Below are positions 27,721-40,154 of a stretch of 64,000 nt of DNA, piece by piece; positions within the stretch are counted from its first letter, which is position 1, and each line of letters starts with the position of its first letter. The DNA comes from Octopus vulgaris (lineage: Eukaryota), in assembly GCA_951406725.2 (NCBI GenBank), contig OX597838.1, positions 43,276,001 through 43,340,000 of the forward strand, written 5' to 3'. The position numbers and the translations under genes were made by a program. Under the pieces are notes generated by a model. That model saw only the letters and a list, made by a program, of their open reading frames with translations, was not told the DNA's origin and did not search any database.

Positions 27721-28274
27721 GAGTGAGAGAGCAGTTCATGCCATCAAAGTGACACTGGGGTAAAATATACGAAGCTCAATATACCCATCATGACTACCCG
27801 TCTGATAAGGGTACACCAGGCACATGCATCACAACCATATGTGCGCGACATGGTGATCTCATATCAAGATAAACAGCACATGACCTTGCAGGTGGGGCCC
27901 AGTTAGAATTTTCTTCAGGTTGAGTAGCCCATCCCGCTCAAAAGGTCTCTGAATAAGGGTTGTTTAAGGATGTTGAACGAACCACCCATGTTTCCAGAGG
28001 TGAATTATTCAAACCCCAAAGAATCCCTCTCAACACACGGCTATGATGCTCCCCCACTACTTCTGCTTGTGATCAGAGATGCACATATCGTCAGCCACTA
28101 AGGGACATGCTCAACTGGTTAAGGTCAAACAACTGACAAGCAAATCTGTGGTATTGAGCAGAATATTTACTGTAGCCCATCTTTTATACCAAGACAAAAC
28201 AATGTACATGATAACACTTCCAATCAGTTAAGATCAGAAGCCATGAGAGCCACTGCCTGGTACTGCATCAGGGC

Positions 28275-28275
<1 letters not shown>
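27721..28275 (-). mobile_element. Non-coding R4/Dong 3'-UTR-derived element, copy 2
   Basis: Tandem with copy 1, same 5' boundary (...TACTGCATCAGGGCAT on +), bounded by (ATT)n. Confidence 0.75.
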
Positions 28276-28326
<51 letters not shown>

Positions 28327-28351
28327 AATAATAATAATACTACTACTAATA

Positions 28352-28382
<31 letters not shown>

Positions 28383-28705
28383 TGATAATAAAGGCAGCAA
28401 GCTGGCAGAATCGTGGGCAAAATGCTTCGTGGTGTTTCATCTGTTGCTATGTTCTGAGTTCATCTATCACTCATAATATTTCTACCTCTCAACCATATAA
28501 AGTTGAAGAGATTTTAATTGATTTCATTAGTACAAGACAAAGTTGGATTTCATAGAATTTGAATCCAGAATGTAAAGAGAAGGGAGCATTAGTCTGGCAT
28601 CTCTACTCAACCATTTTCAAGGTTTGGTCCATTGAACCAACAAAAGTGTAACCCATGCAGATACACAAAAGAAGGACACAGTAGACGATGCAGTCCTTTA
28701 ATGTG

Positions 28706-29170
28706 TGTGTGTGGCCTAGTGGTTAGGGTGTTGCACTCACAGTCACAAGGTCATGGGTTCAGTTCCCAGATTGGTAGTAAGTTCTGTTTTTGAGCAAAAC
28801 ACTTCATTTCACATTACTTCAGTGCACTCAGCTGTACTCCCATGATAAACTGACACTCTCCTCAGAGGGAATGTTGACCTTCTCCACTTAGGATTGGCTC
28901 AGTGGTTAAGGTGTTGCACTCACGATTGCGAGACCATGGGTTCGATTCCCTGACCGGGCGTTGCGTTGTGTTCTTGAGCAAAGCACTTCATTTCACATTG
29001 CTCTGTGATCATTTCGACATCTTACATGAGGCACCCATTGCACCTGTACAGGTAATATTGATTTGATGGAGGGAGTGAGCTTAAGTCTACATAAACATTT
29101 GATCACTATAAACAAATCATCTGTGTGGTTGTTCAGCAAGAAATTGTGAAACCCTTATACGACGTCTAAC
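28706..29170 (+). mobile_element. Two adjacent tRNA-derived SINE copies (related heads near 29400, 41474, 54035)
   Basis: TGGCCTAGTGGTTAGGGTGTTGCACTCAC..GGTTCAGTTCC and TGGCTCAGTGGTTAAGGTGTTGCACTCACG..GGTTCGATTCC. Confidence 0.75.
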
Positions 29171-29204
29171 GACAGGAGAGTCCATCATATATATATATAC
29201 ATAC

Positions 29205-29249
<45 letters not shown>

Positions 29250-29639
29250 CATACATATATATATATTGGCATTAGGAAGGGTGTCCAGCCGTAGAAACCA
29301 AGTCAAAGCAGACTTGAGCCTGGTACAGCTCTGTGGCTTACCAGTTCTAGTCAAACCATCTAACCCATGCCACCATCGAAAACAGATGTTAAATGATAGG
29401 AGCATGTCCCAGTGTACTCATGGTCTCTGGATCATGGGGTCAACTCCCTGACTGGGTGCATGTTGTGTTCTTGAGCAAAGCACTTCATTTCACATTGCTT
29501 CAGTCCCCCTTCGATCAGGGAGGATTGTTGACCTGCTAGCCTAGCCAGCAGGGTGGCATCATTTGAAGGCTAAAACAATGCAAAAGCACATTGTGACCAG
29601 CAATGTGTAACAGCATCTGATAGCCTGCTCAGTCACGTG

Positions 29640-29688
<49 letters not shown>

Positions 29689-30461
29689 GAAGAGGAGGGG
29701 GTGCAGTATGGCCATGGATGGAATTCCTTAGATGATCATCATCGGTCAGCTCAGTCAACACTAACCCAGTGTTAAACACCTCTAACACTGACATCTTCTT
29801 TTGTTAATCCTATTCACCCGTTTGCTAAACCACCTGCGATTACAGCCTCCCCCCCCCCTGGTTCCATGATGCAAACTTTACACTTAAACTGATTTCAATT
29901 TAAACCATCCAACAAAATTTCATGTTATTTTATGTCCTGAACACCATCTTAACAAAGCCATTCTATGACATTCTTTGTTGTTTCCAAAATGCAACAAAAT
30001 CAGATTATTCCAACAGAAATCTGCTAACGAAAGGGTTAAAAGTTTGTTATTTAAGGGATTGCTTCTATATCTTTATCACCCTTTTGTTACTGTATTTATT
30101 TTGAGAATCTCTCTGTTTCTTTCAATTACTTTAAATATAACAAAAAAATTAGTAAAATAACTTAATTATCATTCAGCTAGTGTTAGGAACATAAATTGTG
30201 ACAAAGGTTTGGTGGAAGATTTTAATTCAAAGTTTATGAAAGGGTTAAGACTCTAAGTAAACTCCTCATATCTCTGTCTCACCATTTATCTCTCTCTCCC
30301 TCTCTCTATCTATCTGTACACACACACACAATAATATATATATACACACACACACACAATAATATATATATATACACACACACACACCCATGGTCACTAT
30401 CGTAAATTTAAATTAACACCATTAATTTTTCTTCCATTTTCGGTTTTAATTTTTTTAATTG

Positions 30462-30463
<2 letters not shown>

Positions 30464-30501
<38 letters not shown>

Positions 30502-30925
30502 GAGTCCTTTCCTACCCCCCCCCCAGTAACTATTTGCATTGCTAGCATGACATGAGAATGAGCTAACCTATTTCTTGGCTATTGTCTTCTTCATTATAAA
30601 AACGCTTTTATTTCTCTCTTTCCTTCTTTCTTCTCCTCAACAACAACACCATTATCACCAACCTCCTCCTCCTCCTCCTCCTCTCCTCTTTGCTCTCCTC
30701 CACTGAACTGTGCCAACTGAGAGCCAGAGCAGCTGTTGGTACTCAGGGTCCCTCTCTCACTCTCTTATGCTAGGACAGCCAGAGACATGGGGTTTCACTA
30801 GCTCAGTGTGTGTGCGTGTGTGTGTGTGTGTGTGTGTGCGTTTGCTTGCTATACTCACAGCCACTCACTCCCTCTTTTACTTCATAAACCAGGCTCTCTC
30901 AATCAATATAATTACTGCACCATCC

Positions 30926-30965
<40 letters not shown>

Positions 30966-31316
30966 TGCATGTATGTATGTATGTATGTATACATATACAC
31001 ACACACATGTATATTGTTGATATACCTTGAAGTATCTGCTTATATGATTCTCTTTCCCCTCCCCTCCTCCCACTCTATCTCTTTATATATCTAATTCATT
31101 GTCTCTCCCCCACCCCGTCTGTTTGCCTCTCTGTCTGTCTGTCTGTCCGTTTATCAGACCTCCCCCCCGCTCACCCCCCACAACACTCACTCTCTCTCAG
31201 TCATTCATAGAGAAGCAGCACTTTTTTTTTTGTTTTTTTACTCGAGGGAACATTATTTGTTTTCACAAACGATAATCTAGTCTTATCCACTTCCTCCTCA
31301 ATACCCGGATTTACAG
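30464..31316 (+). promoter_or_regulatory. Candidate internal promoter and non-coding first exon (~31199-31316)
   Basis: (CT)n tract 30464-30498, octamer ATTTGCAT 30532-30539, TATAAAA 30595-30601, overlapping Inr-like TCAGTC/TCATTC 31197-31206, good donor CAG|GTAACG after 31316. The region lacks the SINEs that fill its neighbourhood. Confidence 0.4.
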
Positions 31317-31387
31317 GTAACGAGATCTTCTGTTTATCTTTTACTGCAACTCCTTCTTTGCTCTTTTACTTTCATTTCTTACATAAA

Positions 31388-31441
<54 letters not shown>

Positions 31442-32136
31442 TTAGTTATTGCTGTTCAGTTAGTTATTTGTATCCTTGTATAATATTCCCCCTATATTCC
31501 TATCAATCTCTCTCTCTCTCTCTCTTGTTATGTATGTATATATATGTATCTATCTATCTGTCTCTCACTCTCTATCTATCTTTCCATCCATTCATCCATC
31601 CATCCATTCATCTGTCTATCTATCTATCTATCCATCTGTCTGTCTGTCTGTCTTATTCTGTCTTTCTATCCTATCTGCCTAATCTATTCTATCTACCTAA
31701 TCTCTCTGTTCACATGGATTAACTGTTAGTATCTTTAAAAGAAAATAAACACATCCACTAATTTTTCTAACATCAGTAGATAAACATTAACTTCACTATC
31801 ACAACATATCTGGTCCTTAATTCTAGCGCATCACTCAATATCACATAGAAAATCCTTATCATCTGCACAAAAAAAAATCCCCACTTTGCACTTTTGAATT
31901 TTATGAAATCTCTCACTCCCAAACTAAAATTATGTAACAGACACTCTGAACTCATCTCTTTATGTAGTCTTAGGACTTTTAGAACTTTAAAACATTCTAA
32001 ACCTTTTGTCTTCTCAAATAACAAGCCCTTCTCCCCAGCACTGATATATATTTCCCATACCCTCCCAGTCAAAATCCTCATACTGTAAATTTTGCCTTGG
32101 TTCACCCTTTATCCTTGTTCTATTTAGGATATTGTG

Positions 32137-32430
32137 GAGGCGCAATGGCCCAGTGGTTAGGGCAGCGGACTTGCGGTTGGAGGATCGTGGTTTCGATTCC
32201 CAGAGCAGGCATTGTGTGTGTTTATTGAGCGAAAACACCTAAAAAGCTCCACGAGGCAGGGGGTGGTGGCGACCCCTGTTGTACTCTTTCACTACAACTT
32301 TCTCTCACTCTCTCTTCCTGTTTCTTGAGTAACACTACGATGGACTGGCGTCCTGTCCAGCTGGGGGGGAATACATACGCCACAGAAACTGGGAAACCAG
32401 GCCCATGAGCCTGTCTTGGCTTGAAAAGGG
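32137..32430 (+). mobile_element. tRNA-derived SINE
   Basis: GGAGGCGCAATGGCCCAGTGGTTAGGGCAGCGGACTTGCGGT..GGTTTCGATTCC head, no acceptor-stem closure, SINE body follows. Confidence 0.8.
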
Positions 32431-32611
32431 CGACGTTATTTAGGATATTAAGGTTGAGAAGTTTTGCTTCCCAACCATGTAATCTAAGGTTCAGTTTCAC
32501 TGTGTGGGACCTTGGGCTGGTGTCTTCTATTATGGTCCTGGGCCAACCAACACCTTGAGAATAGATTTGGTGGATGGAAACTGAAAGAAGCCCCTCTTTT
32601 GTATGTATGTA

Positions 32612-33960
32612 CATCATCATCATTTAACATCTGTTTTCCATGCTGGTATGGATTGGACGGAACTGGCAAAGCTGGCAGCCATACCAGCTTCCATTGTCTG
32701 TGTCAGCTTGGTTCCTACAGCTGGATGCTCTTCCTGACACCAACCATTTTATAGAGTTTGCTTTTCATATGGTGCCACCACCAACATCAAATCTTTTTAT
32801 GTTGTGCCTCAGTTTTAGGATATCAATTCTGTTGTGGTGGGCAGGTCTTTTTGAGTACAGAAATGCCCCACACATCTGGATTTTCTGTCATCTCTTTCGT
32901 AAGGCTCAGCATCTTGAGATCAGCCTCCATCACTTTATCCCATGTCTTCCTGGGTATCCCTCTTTCCCTCCGCTCTCAGTGATCGCCACTTGTTTATGCA
33001 ACTGTCTTTATCAATCCTGCATCATGTGGCCAAACCAGTGCAGTCTCCTCTCTTGCACTCAGCATCATCTAATTCCTCTTATGTTCTCTCAATGCACCAG
33101 TGCTCTGTCACTCATGCACACTGACATTGCACACCCAGCAGAGCATTGCAGCTGTGCTCCTCTCTAGTCTTCGTATATTCTCTGTTTTCAGGGCCCACAT
33201 CTCACTACCATGTAGCATTGCTGTCCATACATGTGCATCATACAATCTTCCTTTCACTCAGAGAGAGACCTTTGGTTGCCAACAGAGGTCAAAGCTCTCT
33301 GAACTTTTTCCATCTTATTCTTATTCTAGCAAATACGTTTTTTGTACAAACTTCTCCACTGTTAATTAGCTCACGTGGGTAGCAAAAGTTATCTACAACT
33401 TCCAGAGAGTCTCCAAGACATTTGAGGAAATCAGTTCCCCATGCATCTTCCCGTACATCTTTCACATGCAAACACTATTTTCTCTGTTAACCTTCCTGCT
33501 ATTCCACTGCACCTCTTGTGTATCCATAGCATGCACTGGGTACACTGAATGGAATTTCTGCCAACACCCTTCCTACATATCAAGCAGAGCCGTTTACCTG
33601 ATGGGTGAAGGCTCCTGTCTGATTTCTCGTTTACCAGGACCTTGGTCTTTACTAAGTCTACTTTAAGATACTTTTAATCTCAGGCTCCGATTCCACATCT
33701 GGAACTCCTTTTCTAATTTTGTCACAGATTCTGCTATAAAGGCAATATCATCAGCATATAGTGATTCCCATAGGCTTTCAGTCTTAAATTCCTCTGTTAT
33801 AGCCTGGAGTACGATGATGAATTGGCAGGGGCTGAGGACTGAGCCTTAGAAAACACCTACCTATACACTAAATTCATCACTGTACCCCTGTACATGGCCT
33901 GTACTGCTTTCACAAGCCATTCATCTATTCCTAGCTTTCTCAGAGAGCACCATATCACAG
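32612..33960 (-). mobile_element. Degenerate RTE-clade LINE (RT C-half + 3' UTR, (GAT)n tail)
   Basis: Minus-strand peptides GSVLSP..LWESLYADDIA (~33740-33845) and LEVVDNFCY...ARIRIRWKKFREL (33289-33420), with many stops and frameshifts. Ends in the CCAGCATGGAAA...TTAAATGATGATG module. Confidence 0.8.
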
Positions 33961-34011
33961 AGTGATGTATTCAGTTGAAGGCTTATGCATATGTGTGTGT
34001 GTGTATATATA

Positions 34012-34735
34012 CTAGGTGTGTTCAAAAAGTATCCAACCTTTGGGCATAAAAAGAACATGTCACAAATTTTATTCAGTCCCCTTCAAAATGCTCCCCTTGG
34101 GAGTTCACACACTTCTCCCAGCAGTTCTGCCACTGTTGGTAGCACCTCTGGAATGCCTTCTCTGGAATACTATGGAGCTCCACTGTTGCTTTCCTTATAA
34201 TTTCCTCTTGCAACACAGATTGTCTTTCACAGTGTAGTTTCAGTTTGGTGAAGGACCAGAGGTCACACGATGCCAAGTCGGGAGAGTTGGGAGCCTGTTG
34301 AACAAGTGGTGTCCTTGACCTGGAAAGCTTGGATTACGAGCTCTGTTCAAAAAGTATCCGCCTTTATCTTTCTGCTGACACTCTCCACATGCACAAATCC
34401 TCTCTTCAAATGGAAGGAACTGATCCTGTGCTCATTCCCACTTTGTAAGCAATTTCCTGGATTGCAACATGACAGTCTTCCATGAACAATCTCAACCAAT
34501 TCCTCACTTTGATTTGTAGATGGCCTGCCTTATTCTCCACTGAGGTGTGGCCATCTTTCAAGCAGTTGTACCATTCCTTGATCTGAGTTTTGCCCATGAC
34601 ATCATCTCCAAGGGCCAGCTGAGTCTTTTGGAAGTTTTGAGCTTGAGTATCACCAAACTTTTGGCAGAACTTCATGCAATGCTTCTGCTCAGTACATTTG
34701 GTCCTCTTGCATGGAAATAAAAATCTCACTGGCAC
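34012..34735 (-). mobile_element. Mariner transposase remnant, internally deleted/rearranged
   Basis: N-terminal EQKHCMKFCQKFGDT..KTQIKEWYNCLKDG and C-terminal ASCDLWSFTKLK..WEKCVNSQGEHFEGD*. TIR-like TA|C.AG...TGTTCAAAAAGTATCC at 34012 and again at 34337. Confidence 0.8.
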
Positions 34736-34789
34736 ACATTTGTACTCTGGGTGGTGGAAAAAATGAAGTCAGATTCTTTTTCAATGCAC

Positions 34790-34825
<36 letters not shown>

Positions 34826-34866
34826 CACACACACATGTATATGTATGTATATATATTTACATATAT

Positions 34867-34970
34867 AATCAAAATAGCAACAAGGATATCCAGAGGTAAT
34901 GCAGTACGATCGTTTCATGCAACTCCATTTACAGCATTATCTCTGGATATCCTTGTTGCTTATTTTGATT
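34867..34970. repeat. Foldback, ~36-40-bp arms, with half-hammerhead remnant
   Basis: AATCAAAATAGCAACAAGGATATCCAGAGGTAATGC and its reverse complement. Minus strand GAAA-CGATCG-TA at 34916-34905. Confidence 0.7.
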
Positions 34971-36692
34971 TTAATCACTTTACTTTGAAATTTTATGGAT
35001 AATACCGTACTAAATTCTGGTGCCTCAACTTAAGTACCATATTCATCTGAATCTAAATACTTACATATATATGTATGTATATATTATATATATTATATAT
35101 ATATATATGTATATATATATATTTACATGTGTGTGTGTGTGTATCCTTGTCTTAACATCAAGTAGTGGCTGTAAATGAGTATCCTTGTCATACAAGCAGT
35201 GTTGTTTATTTCTGTGAAAAACATCTCTAAGGGGAAATATTACTTTGCTTAGAAACAAGTGAGGGTTTGGTGACAGGAAGGGCATCCAGCCATAGAAAAC
35301 CTGCCCCAACAAATTCCATCTGACCCAAAACAAGCATGCAAAAGAGGACATTAAACAATGATTTTCACCACCACCACCACCACCATCATCATTATCATCA
35401 TCATCATCATCAGCATCACCCTCACCCTCATCATCTTCTTTTGCTTGTTTTAATTATTGGACTGTGGCCATGCTGGGGCACCAACTTGAAGAAAGTGACC
35501 CCAGTACTGATTTTTTTTTAAAGCCTGGTACTTACTCTGTCAGTCGGTTTTGTTGAACTGCTAAGTTACAGGGAGATAAACAAACCAACACTCATTGTCA
35601 AGCAAAGGCGGGGGCAAAAACATAAGACAAGCTCAAAGACACACAGACATGAATATATATATATATATTTATATATCCGTATATATGACAGGCTTCTGTG
35701 CACTTTTTGTCTCCCACATCAACTTGCAAGCCTTTGTCCAGGGCTATACTAGGAGACACTTGGTCAAGGTGTCATGAAGTGGGACTGAACCCAAGAACAT
35801 ATGGCTGGAAAGCAACCTTCTTAACCACACAGCCACACCAGCGCCCATCATCAAAATACTCCATTTCATTGTTATCCTCATCTTCCTTGCATTTGTTTGC
35901 CTATATTTGCCTATATTTATAGGTTAACATATTGTTTGTAGGTTTGCCTATATGTTCACAGGTTAATGTATTTTCTACATGATTGTGATTTCAAAGTCTG
36001 TTCCCCCCCACCCCGCCTACATATTACCTACAGCTGTAAAGGTGTGTATGTATTTGTGCTTATAGACATGTGTATATGTGTGTGTAATTACTTAAATATG
36101 TGTATGTCTAGGTGTATGGTTATTTGTATAGATGCACAGGTGTGTTTATTTATATATTTGTTTGTGTATATATACTCCTGTTAAGTGTGTTTGCATATAT
36201 ACCACACACACACACACATGCGCACATGTGCATGCATGTGCATATTTGTAAGATACAGGTATGGCTTTGTGTGGGTATGAAATCTGCTTCCCAAGCACAT
36301 GGTTCCAGGTTCAGTCCCACCGCTTGGCACCTTGGGCAAGTGTCTTTTACTAAAGCCTCAGGCTGACCCAAGCTTCTTCAGTGCACTTGATACATTGGAA
36401 TTGAAGTTTGTCGACCACTCCAAGAGTGTAGTGGGTGTTTTTTATGTGCCACCGACATGGGTGCCATTGACCCGACACTGGCATCACAAGCACAGTATAT
36501 CACCAAAAGTCTTGGTCTCCCATCACTGCCTCCATGAGGCCCAATGCTTGAACGGCGCTTTTTACGTGCCACCGGCACAGGTGCCAGTCAGATGGCACTG
36601 ACAATGAAGATAATGGCGATGACTGAAGGTTAAGCGATTGAGTATTGATTAGACTTAGTATTTTGGAATAGACATTTATTAATCATCATAAT

Positions 36693-36726
<34 letters not shown>

Positions 36727-37005
36727 GGCAGTAACTGTGGTGCATAAAGTCTCTTGTTTCTGTAATAACATTTATATCAGCAACTGACTTCATTCGTTTC
36801 TGTCCTTCCCAAGGAAACATGAAATGTATCAGTTGCTATGGTTACTGTTAAAACAAACAACAATAAATGAATAAATAAAACAACAAATCGTTATTGGATT
36901 TCTAAAGTCGTTTGCGTTCCTTATCTTTGTTTGTGTCCATCTTGTGATTCTCACATCTTTTCCCTGATTGATCATTTCCACAGTTCAAGCATCAATGCTG
37001 TTCAT

Positions 37006-37235
37006 GACGGCTGCACTCGACGGCTGCACTCGACGACTGCACTCGACGACTGCACTCGACGGCTGCACTCGACGGCTGCACTCGACGGCTGCACTCGACG
37101 GCTGCACTCGACGGCTGCACTCGACGACTGCACTCGACGGCTGCACTCGACGGCTGCACTCGACGACTGCACTCGACGGCTGCACTCGACGACTGCACTC
37201 GACGGCTGCACTCGACGGCTGCACTCGACGGCTGC
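37006..37235. repeat. 13-bp minisatellite (GACGRCTGCACTC) x ~17.7
   Basis: Direct reading. The only variation seen is G/A at unit position 5. Confidence 0.97.
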
Positions 37236-37364
37236 AGTTGTTGGTGCAGCAACTCGGTGTTATTAGACAGGAGACTAAGTTCCACTCGATTCTTTCCCAT
37301 TCGAACCGTTTTCTCCAACAGGAATTCTGCCCCCAACCTTATCCCTTTCTCATTATTCCTGATA

Positions 37365-37493
37365 AGAATCTTGCTTCCCAACCAAATGGTCCCAGGTTCA
37401 GTCCCACTGCATGGCACCTTAGGCAAGTGCCTTCTACTATAGTCTCGGGCTTTGTCAGTGGATTTGGTAAACAGAAACTGAAAGAAGCCCATC

Positions 37494-37530
<37 letters not shown>

Positions 37531-37745
37531 TGTGTCTGTGTTTGTCCGTGCCATTACTGCTTGACCACCAGTATTGGTCTGTTTGTCTCCCCGTAACTTA
37601 GCGGTTCAGCAAAAGGAGCCAATAGAATAAGTAACAGGTTTAAAAAAATAAGTCTTGGGGTCGATTTGTTCAACTGAAACCCTTTAAGGTGGTGCTCCAG
37701 CATGGCCGCAGTCAGATGACTGAAACATGTAAAAGATAAAAGACA
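37365..37745 (+). mobile_element. Dominant SINE
   Basis: Homology to 45151-45550. Confidence 0.8.
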
Positions 37746-37894
37746 AAAGATATCTCTCCTACACACATGCACACCCCTCCTCTCTCCCTCCTCTCTCCCT
37801 ATCCCCCTCCTTCCCTCCCCCTGTCCCCTTCCCCAATCTCACCCCCACTCTCCCACTCCACCCCACCCCTCTGTCTCCAACGCACTAACTTTTA

Positions 37895-38340
37895 TCTCTT
37901 ATCTTCTTTTACTTGTTTCAGTCATTGGGCTGCGCCCATGCTGGGGCATCACCTGGAAGGGTTTCAGTCGAATGAATCGACCCCATTGCTTACTTTTTCA
38001 TTTTTAAAACCTGCTGCTTATTCTATTCGTCTCTTTTGCTGCTGAACCACTACTCGTTTACTGGGACATCAACAAACCAACACTGGCTGTCAAGGGGTGA
38101 TGAGGAGACAAACACAAAGTCACCTCCCTCCACACCTCCACACCTCCACACACTCACATTCATCCATATACACACATGATGGGCTTCCTCACAGTTTCCA
38201 TCTGCCAAATTCACTCAGAAGGCATTGGTTGACCTCAGGCTATAGAAGAAGATACTTGCCCAAGGTGCCATGCAGTGGGACTGAACCTGAAACCTTGTGG
38301 TTTGGAAGGAAGCTTCCTAACCCCCGCAGCCATGCCTGCA
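37895..38340 (-). mobile_element. Dominant SINE (diverged)
   Basis: Homology to 8469-8914. Further partial copies near 4390, 7780, 10570, 15270, 35440, 36255, 46020, 50100, 50240, 52510. Confidence 0.75.
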
Positions 38341-39599
38341 TCTTCATTATTTTTCAAAATTAATTGAAAGAAAGACAATGTTTTTCAATAGAAATACGGC
38401 AAAGAAAGGGCTAAGGGCCAATAAAAGAGCGTCTTCATAGTTGCTTGATTTACTTGAAAGAACAGCCAAATCTCCCTCTAGTTCCAGTGTTAAAGGTATC
38501 AAGAAGCAAAACTTATGTAACCCAAGGATTCAAGTGTATTTAACCCTGTTGTAGTCTGAATCAGAAAACCTTCCCTCAAAATTTCATGTTAATCTCTGTT
38601 CCAAATACCAGCTTGGAAATTTTCAGCTATTTTATTAAAGTTTTCATTATACTTAAAAAAAAATTAATTAAAAAAAAAGGGGCATGTTATTTCAATGGCA
38701 GATATGGTAACAAAAGGGTTAAAGTGATCTAAATTGAAACCTTCCATCAAAATCTCATGTTAATCTGTTCCAAACACCAGCTTGATAACAACAAAGTTGT
38801 TTTACTAAATTCTTCCTTGTTTCCCAAAATTAATTGAAAGCACAACAGAGTATTGCAACAGGGAGATGGTAACGAACAGGATTAAAAGTCACTCAAACGA
38901 GTCTTTGGTGGCAATCGTACAACGGTATTTCTTCAAACTAGCTTTGTGGATGTATTTGTTAAACAGTAAAACTACCTCCGAATTAAACTCGTATTTGTTC
39001 TGATTGACATGGTTACGTCAGTATGACATTGTGAATATAAGAGATGTTAATGTAATATATTTTGTTGTATCTTGGGAGGGTCGTTATACCAACGAATCAC
39101 GTGCATTGGCTTCATTTTGCTTCTTTTATCATTATTATTAGTCAGTGATTTAGCTATCTAACCAATTAACTAATTGCTTGATTAATGGTTTAGTCAACCA
39201 GTCAGGTTTGTCAAAGTCCTTTCATCACCATCTGATTGATTGCTTGACCAAATGATTTATCAAACAGTTGTTTAGTTAATTAGTTAGTTAGCTAATTGAC
39301 TAATTATAATCCTTTCTACTATAGGCCCAAGGCTTGAAATTTTGTGGGGCTGGGGCAAGTCAATTACATTAACCTCCAGCTTTCAACTGGTACGTATTTT
39401 ATTGACCCAGAAAGGATAAAAGACAAAGTTGACCTAGTGAGGATTTGAACTCAGAATGTTGAGATGGACAAAATACCACTAAACATTTTCTGTGTGTTGC
39501 TAATGATTCTGCCAGCTCACTGCCTTTAATTGACTAATAATAATAAAAAAAGTGAAACAGAACCAGTGCATGTGTTTATTATTATTGGCCTAATGACCC

Positions 39600-39800
39600 T
39601 CCCAAGATGAAACAAAATTTGTTTCAACATATTCAAAATCAAAGAAAGCAACATAGCACCCCCATGACTTTTGGAAACATTTTTTCATGCTCAGATTTAC
39701 TGAAGCATGGATTAAACTACCTGCATCAGTTGTTAGCTGTCGGAACACTACATCATTCAAAACTTCAATGCTTCCTGAAATTCGCCAACAATACACCCAA
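39600..39800 (+). mobile_element. CR1-like LINE C-terminal remnant
   Basis: Reads approximately HFFMLRFTEAWIKLPASVVSCRNTTSFKTSM, typical of the CR1 ORF2 end (FF..R....WN.LP..VV......FK). Confidence 0.55.
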
Positions 39801-39972
39801 TGCTCATCAGCCTCTGTTGTTGTTGTTGTTGTTTCTCTTTAAGATTTTTTCACTTTTGCACTTCCTGTGCATATTCTATGTCCTGTTCATGCAGTTTTCA
39901 TTACCTTTTCTGATGAGTTATAGAGCACCTGAGTCCTCTATACAATAAGCTCCTTATTATCATTATTATCAC

Positions 39973-40020
<48 letters not shown>

Positions 40021-40154
40021 AATTCCACTGAGGTTAACTTTGTGTTTCATCCCTTTGGAGTTGATTAAATAAGTACCGGTTATGCACTGGGGTCGATGTA
40101 ATTGACTTAATCCCTTCCTCCAAATTTGATGTCTTCTGCTTCCAGTAGAAAGGA

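Noticed and set aside
32137-32215. tRNA genes (also ~1315-1385, 28895-28960)
   Set aside because: No closing acceptor stem; they continue into SINE bodies, so they are SINE heads.
36931-37564. Overlapping ORFs with LDGCTRRLHSTAA repeats
   Set aside because: A 13-bp unit with no stop codon is open in all frames; the ORFs run into SINE sequence.
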